Below are positions 47,167 through 56,015 of a stretch of DNA of 64,000 nucleotides, one piece after another. Every line of letters begins with the position of its first letter. Within the stretch, counting starts at the first letter, position 1. The translations under genes were made by a program, and so were the position numbers. This DNA comes from Anaerolineaceae bacterium (GTDB lineage: Bacteria; Chloroflexota; Anaerolineae; Anaerolineales; Anaerolineaceae). The stretch is taken from NCBI GenBank assembly GCA_040765685.1, contig JAXGRS010000007.1:21079-85078 (forward strand), written 5' to 3'. A model generated the notes under the pieces. It was given only the letters and a program-made list of their open reading frames with translations. It did no database searches and was not told where the DNA came from.

Positions 47167-49470
47167 TTGGAAGCTTACTGTGTAAAATGCAAACAGAAAC
47201 GGGAGATTGCTGAGGCGAATGCGGAATTTAATGCCTTGGGCACCCCGGTTACACGCGGAAAATGTCCTGAATGTGGCACAACGATGTACCGCATAGGCAA
47301 CACTCCCGCTCACGCTGACCTGGAACGTCCGGCACGCAAGCCTTTACACCCACGCAAAGGAAAGCTGGTCATCGTTGAATCCCCTGCCAAAGCCAAAACG
47401 GTCGGCCGCTTCCTCGGAAAAGGATATACGGTACGGGCATCTGTGGGACATGTGCGTGACCTGTTGCGTTCAGAACTTTCTGTGGATGTGGAAAATGATT
47501 TTCTTCCCAAGTACCGCGTACCAAATGAAAAACGCCTGGTTGTCAAAGAATTAAAAGCCCTGGCAAAAGAAGCCGAGGAGATCTTTCTCGCAACTGACCC
47601 TGATCGCGAGGGGGAAGCAATCGCCTGGCATTTGCTGGAGGCCGCAGATATAGAACCCGGTTTATCGAAACGGGTGGTCTTTCATGAGATCACTGATCAC
47701 GCTATCAATGAAGCTTTCGCCAATCCTCGCGAGATCAACATGGACCTGGTGAATGCGCAGCAGGCTCGTCGTGTGCTGGACCGATTGGTCGGGTATTCTA
47801 TTAGCCCTGTGCTCTGGGAAAAAGTTCGCAACCGTCTTTCTGCCGGGCGTGTTCAATCGGTTGCACTCAGGTTGATCGTCGAACGTGAGCGGGAAATCGA
47901 GAATTTTGTCCCAGTTGAGTACTGGTCTATTCACGCGGAACTCACTCCCGACAAGAAAAAAGCCAAATACATGACCAAACTGGTGAAGATCGATGACAAT
48001 GAGCCTGATCTCACCAATAAATCCGTCGTCGATGTTTACTTGGTGGATATTGAGACATCACCTTTTACCATTTCCAGGATCAAGCGCAGCGAACGTCGTC
48101 GGAAGCCCTCAGCACCATTCATCACAAGTACGTTGCAACAGGAAGCATCGCGCCGTCTGGGTTACACTGCCCGCCGTACGATGATGGTCGCTCAGCAATT
48201 GTATGAAGGACTGGATGTGGGCGAGGGGGGTGCGGCAGGTTTGATCACCTACATGCGCACAGATTCCACTAACATCGCCGCGGTTGCACAGGAAGAAGCG
48301 CGAACCTTTATTAAGCAGAATTATGGCAGCGATTACCTGCCATCCACTCCACCGCAATACAAAACACGCGCGGTCTCTGCCCAGGAAGCCCATGAAGCCA
48401 TCCGACCCACTTCGGTTTTCCGCCAGCCTGAAAAGATCAAAGAATTCCTTTCACCTGAACAGTTCAAACTCTACCAGTTGATCTGGCAGCGCTTTGTTGC
48501 GTGTCAAATGGAATCTGCAGTATATGACACACTTTCTGTTGATGTAATAGCGGACGGAAAGCAGCATCAGTATCTTTTCCGCGCATCGGGCTCCACGGTC
48601 AAGTTTCCCGGTTTTCTCATCTTGTATGAAGAAACCGCGGATGAAGATCAGAAATCCGATGAACCTGAGAATATCCGCATCCCGGCCGGTTTGGAGGAAG
48701 GACAGACACAGAAACTGGAACGCCTGGTGCCGGAACAGCATTTCACACAACCACCTCCGCGCTTCACCGAGGCAACCTTGGTGCAGGTGCTGGAGGAGTA
48801 TGGTATTGGCAGACCTTCCACTTACGCTCCCATTCTTTCCACGATACAACAACGCGGTTATGTTTTACGCGAATCAAAGCGTCTTTCTCCTACAGAAACA
48901 GGATTTCTGGTCAACGACCTGGTCGTGGAGCACTTCCCGGATATCGTGGATTTGAAATTCACTGCCAAAATGGAGAATGAGCTCGACCAGGTTGCGGATG
49001 GTTATGAGGATTGGAAGAAAGTGATCCGAGAGTTTTACGCTTCATTTGAACCAGAGGTAAAACGGGCACAGGCTGAAATCCCAGTTGTTAAGGCTGAACC
49101 CGAAAAAGTCGGACGTGCCTGCCCGAAGTGCGGAAATGATCTTGTGGTCCGCTGGGGACGTTATGGCAAATTCATTAGTTGTTCCACTTTTCCGGCATGC
49201 CGCCATACCGAAGCCATACTGGAAAAGATCGGTGTAACCTGCCCCCAGGATGGTGGTGAACTGGTTTTACGTAAAACACGTAAAGGCCGAATCTTTTTTG
49301 CCTGTGCCAATTATCCCGAATGTGACTTTACCAGCTGGAAGCGCCCGGTGGCGGTTCCCTGCCCAAAGTGCGGGGGACTACTGACGATTTCAAACAAACG
49401 CGAGGTGCAGTGCACCCAATGTCAGGAAACCTTCCTGATCGAAGCGCTTGGTATACCGTTACCTGATTAG
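47167..49470 (+). CDS. topA: DNA topoisomerase I with extra N-terminal zinc ribbon
   Basis: TOPRIM (LVIVESPAKAKT, DPDREGE), the catalytic Tyr region (GLITYMRTDS) and three C-terminal Cys4 fingers. Residues 1-65 form an extra CxxC-N24-CxxC module. TTG start with AGGAG at 47155-47159. Confidence 0.95.
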   Translation: MEAYCVKCKQKREIAEANAEFNALGTPVTRGKCPECGTTMYRIGNTPAHADLERPARKPLHPRKGKLVIVESPAKAKTVGRFLGKGYTVRASVGHVRDLLRSELSVDVENDFLPKYRVPNEKRLVVKELKALAKEAEEIFLATDPDREGEAIAWHLLEAADIEPGLSKRVVFHEITDHAINEAFANPREINMDLVNAQQARRVLDRLVGYSISPVLWEKVRNRLSAGRVQSVALRLIVEREREIENFVPVEYWSIHAELTPDKKKAKYMTKLVKIDDNEPDLTNKSVVDVYLVDIETSPFTISRIKRSERRRKPSAPFITSTLQQEASRRLGYTARRTMMVAQQLYEGLDVGEGGAAGLITYMRTDSTNIAAVAQEEARTFIKQNYGSDYLPSTPPQYKTRAVSAQEAHEAIRPTSVFRQPEKIKEFLSPEQFKLYQLIWQRFVACQMESAVYDTLSVDVIADGKQHQYLFRASGSTVKFPGFLILYEETADEDQKSDEPENIRIPAGLEEGQTQKLERLVPEQHFTQPPPRFTEATLVQVLEEYGIGRPSTYAPILSTIQQRGYVLRESKRLSPTETGFLVNDLVVEHFPDIVDLKFTAKMENELDQVADGYEDWKKVIREFYASFEPEVKRAQAEIPVVKAEPEKVGRACPKCGNDLVVRWGRYGKFISCSTFPACRHTEAILEKIGVTCPQDGGELVLRKTRKGRIFFACANYPECDFTSWKRPVAVPCPKCGGLLTISNKREVQCTQCQETFLIEALGIPLPD

Positions 49471-49545
49471 GCATATTTATTGCAACAAGTTCCTTGATGA
49501 AATCGTACACACGATCATCAACCATCGATTGTGTAGGAGCCGAAA

Positions 49546-50784
49546 ATGGACAAGATCAAGGAACTTTTTTATAAAATAAAAGAAACCCCCCTGTACACAT
49601 TCATAACCGGGCTTGTCATTGGACTGATCATTGGTCTACCTGTGCTTGGATGGGGGTTATTCCCTGTAAAATGGACGGATGCTGACCCGAGTTACCTGCG
49701 CGCCGACCTTAAAAAGCAATATCTATGCATGGTCGTAGATTCGTATGCCGTAAATCGAAACCTCACATTGGCTGCCGAGCGTTTGACAGTAATGGGTATT
49801 GAAGATCTCAGCAACACAAAAGGTGTCTTCAAGGATTTGCAGGAAGGAGGTTGTAGTTATGCCTCTGATGACCCTGTTATTCGAGAATTGAAAAATGGCC
49901 TAAAATCAATTGCTCCAGCCACTGATGTAGTTGAACCAGCCGTTGTAGCAGAACAGGCTACTCAGATTCCGCTGCCGCAGGAAACCCCATCAAAAGAGAA
50001 AACGGGAATTGGAAAAATCTTGCTCTTCCTCTTACTGGCACTGCTATTGTTGATCGGCGGAGCATTAGTTTATATCTTTTTCATCCGCAACCGTCGTAAT
50101 CTTGATTCTGTGCCGCCGGCGGTGGATGAAGAGGGCGAGTATATCGAAGAGGAAGAAGCAGGGATCTATTACGAACCGGAAAGGACCGATGATCTCCTCG
50201 ATGAAGAAGCAGTAGCTCCCATAGTCTCGCAGGAAGATTTCGTACGACCAGCGTTTGTGACAGAACCAGCTTATGTGGCGCCGTCCGCCGCAGTGCCTGA
50301 AACTCCAGTGACACCAGCTCCGGTCGTGCCTGTTCCAACTGCGCGAACTTTTGCGGGAGAACCGGTTGCCCATTTTATGACCAATTACGTGATAGGAGAC
50401 GATCTGTACGATGATAGCTTCAGCATTGATGCGCCTAACGGTGCATTTCTGGGCGAATGTGGTGTGGGCATTTCTGATACGATCGGAGTGGGTGACCCAA
50501 AGAAAGTGACCGCGTTCGAGGTCTGGTTGTTCGATAAGAATGATATTCAAACCGTAACTAAGGTTCTGATGAGCTCCCATGCCATGAACGATTCCGCCAT
50601 CAAACAACGCCTGGCTTCAAAAGGTGAACCGGTATTGCTCGAACCCGGGCAGCAACTACTGCTTGAAACAGCGACGCTTCAGCTGGAAGCCAAGGTGGTC
50701 GAGATGGTTTACGGACAGGGCGCGTTGCCTTCCGGAAGTTTCGTTGAGCGCCTTACGCTGGAACTCTCAGTCTGGCCAAAGTAG
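49546..50784 (+). CDS. hypothetical two-TM membrane protein with acidic/Pro-rich linker and unrecognised C-terminal domain
   Basis: 412-aa ORF with SD AGGAG upstream. TM helices lie near residues 15-37 and 165-187. I recognised no family motif. Confidence 0.6.
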   Translation: MDKIKELFYKIKETPLYTFITGLVIGLIIGLPVLGWGLFPVKWTDADPSYLRADLKKQYLCMVVDSYAVNRNLTLAAERLTVMGIEDLSNTKGVFKDLQEGGCSYASDDPVIRELKNGLKSIAPATDVVEPAVVAEQATQIPLPQETPSKEKTGIGKILLFLLLALLLLIGGALVYIFFIRNRRNLDSVPPAVDEEGEYIEEEEAGIYYEPERTDDLLDEEAVAPIVSQEDFVRPAFVTEPAYVAPSAAVPETPVTPAPVVPVPTARTFAGEPVAHFMTNYVIGDDLYDDSFSIDAPNGAFLGECGVGISDTIGVGDPKKVTAFEVWLFDKNDIQTVTKVLMSSHAMNDSAIKQRLASKGEPVLLEPGQQLLLETATLQLEAKVVEMVYGQGALPSGSFVERLTLELSVWPK

Positions 50785-50796
50785 AAAATAAAAAAA

Positions 50797-50820
50797 ATCC
50801 GGGAAAGTCCCGGATTTTTT
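50797..50820. terminator. bidirectional rho-independent terminator
   Basis: Stem atccggga / tcccggat flanked by A7 (50791-50797) and T6 (50815-50820). It sits between convergent genes. Confidence 0.85.
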
Positions 50821-51288
50821 CTATTTAATACTCAGTATCTTTAATTGGATCTCCCCGCCCGGGGTTGTTGCGACCACCGTGTCACCAACTCCGTGTCCGA
50901 TGAGCACCTGACCGATTGGTGAGTTATAAGAGATCTTGCCGTTACGAGGGTCAGCCTCCTGCGGTCCTACCAATTGAAAGGTCTCAGGCTGATCTTTCCC
51001 CTCCTGGATCGTAACGATTGAACCGATTTCAACCAGGTGGGTGTTGGTGCGATTGTCGTCGATGATGACAACGTCACGTAAAACCCGGGTCAATTCCTGT
51101 ATGCGCCCCTCGACAAAAGCCTGTTCCTCTTTGGCTGCGGAGTAATCTGCGTTCTCTGACAGGTCTCCCATCTGGATGGCGGAGCGCAATCTCTTTGCCA
51201 GTTCATCGCGCACAGGACCTTGCAGATGCAGCAATTCAGCGCGCAGTTTTTCTGCGCCGTCTTTTGTTAGGTAAGAAGGTTCATTCAT
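50821..51288 (-). CDS. greA: transcription elongation factor GreA
   Basis: LTKDGAEKLRAEL…, a coiled-coil, and the C-terminal globular domain (ISYNSPIGQVLIGH). I prefer ATG 51288, preceded by GGAGAG. Confidence 0.9.
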   Translation of the reverse strand: MNEPSYLTKDGAEKLRAELLHLQGPVRDELAKRLRSAIQMGDLSENADYSAAKEEQAFVEGRIQELTRVLRDVVIIDDNRTNTHLVEIGSIVTIQEGKDQPETFQLVGPQEADPRNGKISYNSPIGQVLIGHGVGDTVVATTPGGEIQLKILSIK

Positions 51289-51317
51289 GTTCTCTCCATT
51301 CAACAATGATGAGTGAC

Positions 51318-52469
51318 TTACGGAAGCAGTAAGGGATCAAACAGTTTCTGGTATTCATCCACGGCGAAGCGGTCAGTCATCCCCGCCAGGTAATCACAAA
51401 TCGTCTGTTCTTTTCCTTTCTTGTCGATCTGTTCCTGAAATTGTAATGGCAGCATCAAGGGTTCATTCCGGTAGGCTTTAAATAATTCTGAAAGCACCCG
51501 CTCGGCTTTTTTCTGCATGCGCACAACACGGTAATTGCGGTACATGTTGTGAAACAGAAAATCCTTTAATTCCCGATTTTTTTTGCGCATCGAGTCATCA
51601 AAACCGATTACATTGTAGGGTAGAGATTGCAACTCTACAAGTGACTTTACGCCACTCTTTTCAAGACGTACGCAAGAATCCTGGATCATGCTATCCACTT
51701 CAAGCCCGATCAATTCCCGAATGATGCTATGCCGCGTCAGGTCATCCAATTGGCAGGCATTCACCTTCTGATTGTCAGCCACCATATTCCAGAGATCGAT
51801 CTCGCCAAGCATGTCTGTGGTGATCATGCCAGAGCGCAATCCATCATCCAGATCATGGGATGTATAAGCCAGCTCATCTGCCACATTCGTAATTTGGGCT
51901 TCAAGGTGCCCGCGCAGGTGACTGTCGAATTCCAAAGCATCCGTTTTATCATATTCCGTCTCGTGTTTGACAATCCCTTCCAGTACTTCCCAGGTGAGGT
52001 TCAACCCCGGGAATTGCGGGTAGCGTTGTTCGATCTCTGTCACGATCCGGTAAGATTGGTGATTGTGGTTGAATCCTCCATAACCAGCCATCAGCTCATT
52101 GAGTGTTTGTTCACCGGAATGGCCAAATGGCGGATGACCCAGGTCGTGCGCCATACAAATCGATTCCACCAGATCCTCATTGGCTCCCATCGCCCTGGCG
52201 AGGGTTCGACCGATTTGAGTAACCTCGAGGGTATGGGTCAGACGGGTGCGGTAGTAATCACCTTCGTAGTTGATAAACACTTGCGTCTTGTACTCCAGGC
52301 GACGAAAGGCCGTCGTATGCAAAATGCGGTCACGATCTCGTTGAAAACAGGTGCGGTACTCCGGTTCTTTCTCCGTGTATTTTCGTCCTTTCGATTGGCT
52401 GGCGTGCACCGCGTAAGGGGCGAGAGATTCATTTTCCAACATTTCAAGTTGTAATCTTGTAGTTTTCAT
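51318..52469 (-). CDS. dGTP triphosphohydrolase-like HD-domain protein
   Basis: RTRLTHTLEV, HDLGHPPFGH and DR(F/I) motifs; 383 aa. Confidence 0.85.
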   Translation of the reverse strand: MKTTRLQLEMLENESLAPYAVHASQSKGRKYTEKEPEYRTCFQRDRDRILHTTAFRRLEYKTQVFINYEGDYYRTRLTHTLEVTQIGRTLARAMGANEDLVESICMAHDLGHPPFGHSGEQTLNELMAGYGGFNHNHQSYRIVTEIEQRYPQFPGLNLTWEVLEGIVKHETEYDKTDALEFDSHLRGHLEAQITNVADELAYTSHDLDDGLRSGMITTDMLGEIDLWNMVADNQKVNACQLDDLTRHSIIRELIGLEVDSMIQDSCVRLEKSGVKSLVELQSLPYNVIGFDDSMRKKNRELKDFLFHNMYRNYRVVRMQKKAERVLSELFKAYRNEPLMLPLQFQEQIDKKGKEQTICDYLAGMTDRFAVDEYQKLFDPLLLP

Positions 52470-52481
52470 CCATGAATCCTT

Positions 52482-53282
52482 TCAACCAGTACTGATCAAC
52501 GTTCCCGCGCATTTTCCAGCAAGCGCGTTCCGGATGCTTTGATCTTCTACGCCGGAAAAAATACACACATCGCGGCAATGCCCGGCCTTTACCAGGTCCA
52601 GCATACCTGTCACTTTGCTGCGCATACCACCGGTCACGTCCGGGCTTTCAGACGCGGCCAGGTGAAGCAAAGACTGTTGAAAATTCTCCGGCGTGATTCT
52701 CTTGAATATCTGCGTTCTCTGAGGAAAGTCTTTCCAGATTCCCTTTTCAATGCCTGCCAGCAGAATGCGGGTTGGTTGTAAAAACGCTGCAAGATACTCA
52801 TACTGTTCTTCTGTGGAAAGGATCGTCCCACCTAATGCTAGGTCATAGACCACATCACCGAAGATGACGGGAACAAGCTTGTGTTTCAAAGAAGCCTGGA
52901 TCTGTGAAATGTTCCAGGAAATGATCTTATGCGAACGGGTTATAACCTGGGCGGATGGAGGAAATGCAATCACGGGCAGACCGGTTCTGACCAGGCTTTC
53001 CATAACGATCTGGTTTAACGCTTTAGCCTGCCGCCAAACCTCAGCAAACCCCCGCCAATCGCTATCTGAGTTCACCCCATCCCGGGTGCCGTATTTTTGC
53101 GCGGCAAAGTGACCGAATGATCCTGAGCCATGCCCGATCAGGATCTGCCGGGTTGGATCAGCCCGCAGCGCAAGGCTGATCTCGCCAGCGATCCTATCGA
53201 TCACATCAGTTTTGGCCGTATTCGCGGTATTCTTATCCGTGATCAAAGAACCACCCAGTTTAAGGAAAACCAGTTCAGTCAT
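52482..53282 (-). CDS. isopentenyl phosphate kinase (amino-acid kinase fold)
   Basis: FLKLGGSLITDK and GHGSGSFGH motifs. ATG 53282 overlaps the mvk stop by 8 nt. The track starts at 53339. Confidence 0.75.
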   Translation of the reverse strand: MTELVFLKLGGSLITDKNTANTAKTDVIDRIAGEISLALRADPTRQILIGHGSGSFGHFAAQKYGTRDGVNSDSDWRGFAEVWRQAKALNQIVMESLVRTGLPVIAFPPSAQVITRSHKIISWNISQIQASLKHKLVPVIFGDVVYDLALGGTILSTEEQYEYLAAFLQPTRILLAGIEKGIWKDFPQRTQIFKRITPENFQQSLLHLAASESPDVTGGMRSKVTGMLDLVKAGHCRDVCIFSGVEDQSIRNALAGKCAGTLISTG

Positions 53283-54240
53283 GGCTGCTTTCGCCTTTGC
53301 CGGAAATTGAGGTGACAATGATATTGTTGGCACCAACACTCAAGAGCGCTGCGCTTACCACGTCGATTTTTCCAGGCTCGACCAGGGCGATGATATTTCC
53401 ACCGCCACCTCCGCCTGACAATTTTGCGCCGCTTGCGCCTGCTTCCAACGCGGCATTGACCATCCGGTCAAGATTCGCCGTCGATACGCCAATTTCACGC
53501 AGCAACCGGTGATTTTCGGTCAGCAATCCGCCGTTTTTCAGCAAACTTCCATTGCACAATACAGCGTGTACACGCATGGTCACTGTTGCAATTTGTTCAA
53601 ATAATTGGTCGTACCTGGCGCTGTCTTCCTGCCACCGTAATCTCACACCTTCCACCACTTCTGCAGTCGAACTTGCCGTACCGGAGTCTGCGATGATCAG
53701 GGTAAACCCATTGCGGACGTCTAAGAATTCGATCCGTTTATCTTTCTGGAATAGAATCGGCGCTCCAAATGTGATCACGGTGTTATCAATACCGGAAGGG
53801 GTTCCATGATGGATCTTTTCGATCTCGTAAGCGATGTTGTTAATCGAGACATCCGGCAAAGGGTGCCCCAGGAAATTAGCCAGCGCTCTGGCTAGTGAAA
53901 CAGTCACTGAAGCACTGGATCCAAGCCCTGCGCCCAGTGGGATACCGGTTGTGATGCGGATCTCACATGAAGGCAGGTTCTTGATGCGAAGTTCCTGTTG
54001 TACCAAAGTAATGGTCTTGCGCAGTGGATGCTCCTCATTTATTTCAGACAGATCCGCATCTAGGTTAATGTTTGGGGCGATCACGCGCACACTGCCTGGC
54101 AGAGCGGCTGGCCTGGCCAGGATCGACGTCCTGGTTCGTACCTGCGTCACAGGCATGGCAATCGCGGGTTTTCCGTAAACGACTGCATGTTCACCACAAA
54201 GGATGATCTTTCCAGGGGCTGTTGCGTAGATGGCTGGCAT
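53275..54240 (-). CDS. mvk: mevalonate kinase (GHMP family)
   Basis: APGKIILCGEHAVVYG and PLGAGLGSSAS motifs; 321 aa. Confidence 0.85.
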   Translation of the reverse strand: MPAIYATAPGKIILCGEHAVVYGKPAIAMPVTQVRTRTSILARPAALPGSVRVIAPNINLDADLSEINEEHPLRKTITLVQQELRIKNLPSCEIRITTGIPLGAGLGSSASVTVSLARALANFLGHPLPDVSINNIAYEIEKIHHGTPSGIDNTVITFGAPILFQKDKRIEFLDVRNGFTLIIADSGTASSTAEVVEGVRLRWQEDSARYDQLFEQIATVTMRVHAVLCNGSLLKNGGLLTENHRLLREIGVSTANLDRMVNAALEAGASGAKLSGGGGGGNIIALVEPGKIDVVSAALLSVGANNIIVTSISGKGESSHD

Positions 54241-54244
54241 TGGA

Positions 54245-55117
54245 TTAGTAGAGATAAAAAACGACCATTACCGTTATCGCCCACAGGAGAACTGCCACCT
54301 GGATGGGACGATCCTTGAGGAGGATCTCTTCGGGTTCTCCACCCTCGTTACGCATCTGGATCAGGTAAAGGTAACGCAGGATGCCGTAAAGCACGAAGGG
54401 GATTGTGAGCATCATCGCGTGGTTGTCAGGCAGGTTAGCCCCGGAAAATGTGTAAAGTGAATAAGCAATAATGGTTGAGGCAGAGACCACCGTGATATAT
54501 TGATCAACCAGCGCGATCGAATATCCGGATAGAACCTTGCGGTGAGATTGTGGATTGTCGTTGACCAGCACGGACAACTCAGCGCGCCGCTTGCCAAACC
54601 CAAGATACAACGCCAGCAGGGTGGTGACCACGTATAACCAGGGTGAAAAACGTTGCACCTCAATGACAGATACACCAGCGGCAACGCGCAGTACAAAACA
54701 ACCGGCTATCACCAGTACATCGATAATAGCCATATGTTTAAGCCACTTTGTATAAAGCAGGTTCAGCAGAAAGTACCCGACGCAAATGACTAAGAAAACT
54801 TTGGATAAAAAGAACGCACCAACCAGGCTGATGAGCAGCAGCACGGTGGCGGTGACCAATGCTGTACTGATGGGAAGTTTGCCTGATGCGATGGGGCGAT
54901 TCTTTTTAACCGGATGATTGCGGTCGGATTCACGATCAAGAATGTCGTTGATGATGTAAACACTGCTGGCCAAAAAGCAGAATAATAAAAAAGCTTCAAG
55001 CGTATCCAGAAAAGCTTCCAGGTTTAAAAGTTTCCGGTCAAACACCAGCGCAGCAAAAATGAAGGCGTTCTTGGTCCACTGCCTGGGTCGCATGGCTTTT
55101 AGGATGAGCTTCAACAT
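54245..55117 (-). CDS. UbiA-family prenyltransferase, decaprenyl-phosphate phosphoribosyltransferase-like
   Basis: MRPRQWTKNAFIFAALVF and INDILDRESDRNHPVKKNRPIASG (NDxxDxxxD), with about 8 TM helices. Confidence 0.75.
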   Translation of the reverse strand: MLKLILKAMRPRQWTKNAFIFAALVFDRKLLNLEAFLDTLEAFLLFCFLASSVYIINDILDRESDRNHPVKKNRPIASGKLPISTALVTATVLLLISLVGAFFLSKVFLVICVGYFLLNLLYTKWLKHMAIIDVLVIAGCFVLRVAAGVSVIEVQRFSPWLYVVTTLLALYLGFGKRRAELSVLVNDNPQSHRKVLSGYSIALVDQYITVVSASTIIAYSLYTFSGANLPDNHAMMLTIPFVLYGILRYLYLIQMRNEGGEPEEILLKDRPIQVAVLLWAITVMVVFYLY

Positions 55118-55163
55118 GTATTTAATATATCACAAGACCTAACTTCAATTGTAAAATTATGGA

Positions 55164-55982
55164 ATGGAGAAAATCAGACTTGACGTATTGATCGAGAAAA
55201 AAGGTCTTGCGCATAGTCGTACTCTGGCCCAGCGTTTGGTTATGGAAGGAGCTGTTCGTGTGAACGGGCAGGTGGCGCTGAAACCTTCGATGCAGGTGAA
55301 CCCTACGGACAAAATCGAGATCGAAGAGCCTCCGCGTTTTGTTTCAAGAGGTGGAGAGAAACTATTGGCTGCGATCGAGGCGTTTGGATTGGTCGATCTG
55401 GAAGGCAGAATCTGTGTGGATGTTGGCGCCAGCACAGGCGGCTTTACAGATTGCCTTTTGCAGCACAAGGCCGCCCGGGTTTATGCGGTGGATGTGGGTT
55501 ATGGTGTGTTGGAGTGGAAGATCCGTAATGATCCACGTGTGGTGGTTATGGAAAAAACTAACGCGCGTTACATCACCGGTTTTGATGACCTGATCGAGCT
55601 GGTGGTGGTAGATGCATCTTTTATATCTCTGCAAACATTACTGCCAGTCATTAAGAACTGGTTTGTTGATCAACAAGGAACTGTTGTCGCTTTGATCAAA
55701 CCTCAATTCGAAGCCGGACGCGCGGAAACCGCTCGCGGCAGCGGGGTGATCAGGGATCCACTAATTCACAAAGCAGTGCTCGAAAAAACCCTGACTTTCG
55801 CTCAGACAACCGGTTTCCAGGTGATGGGTTTGATCCGGTCTCCATTAATCGGTCCGAAAGGAAACATCGAATTCCTGGTTCACCTCACACTCCCAAAAGG
55901 GGAAGACCAGGACATCAACGCGATGGTGCAGGCATTATTTCCAGAGCCTTTCCAGGATCAAGGAACACCGCCAGGTCCGTAA
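55164..55982 (+). CDS. tlyA: TlyA-family rRNA 2'-O-methyltransferase (S4 + FtsJ domains)
   Basis: RLDVLIEKKGLAHSRTLAQRLV (S4 domain) and DVGASTGGFTDC (SAM motif). TAAAAT at 55152-55157 lies 6 nt before the ATG. Confidence 0.85.
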   Translation: MEKIRLDVLIEKKGLAHSRTLAQRLVMEGAVRVNGQVALKPSMQVNPTDKIEIEEPPRFVSRGGEKLLAAIEAFGLVDLEGRICVDVGASTGGFTDCLLQHKAARVYAVDVGYGVLEWKIRNDPRVVVMEKTNARYITGFDDLIELVVVDASFISLQTLLPVIKNWFVDQQGTVVALIKPQFEAGRAETARGSGVIRDPLIHKAVLEKTLTFAQTTGFQVMGLIRSPLIGPKGNIEFLVHLTLPKGEDQDINAMVQALFPEPFQDQGTPPGP

Positions 55983-56015
55983 CTTCAATTTGAAATAAGG
56001 TATACTTTAGCCGAT

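Noticed and set aside
55140-55990. The 11-nt motif TAACTTCAATT occurs upstream of both tlyA (55140-55150) and lepA (55980-55990)
   Set aside because: Many identical 11-mers are expected by chance in 64 kb. The spacing to the -10 elements also differs (1 nt versus 10 nt), so a shared operator is not supported.
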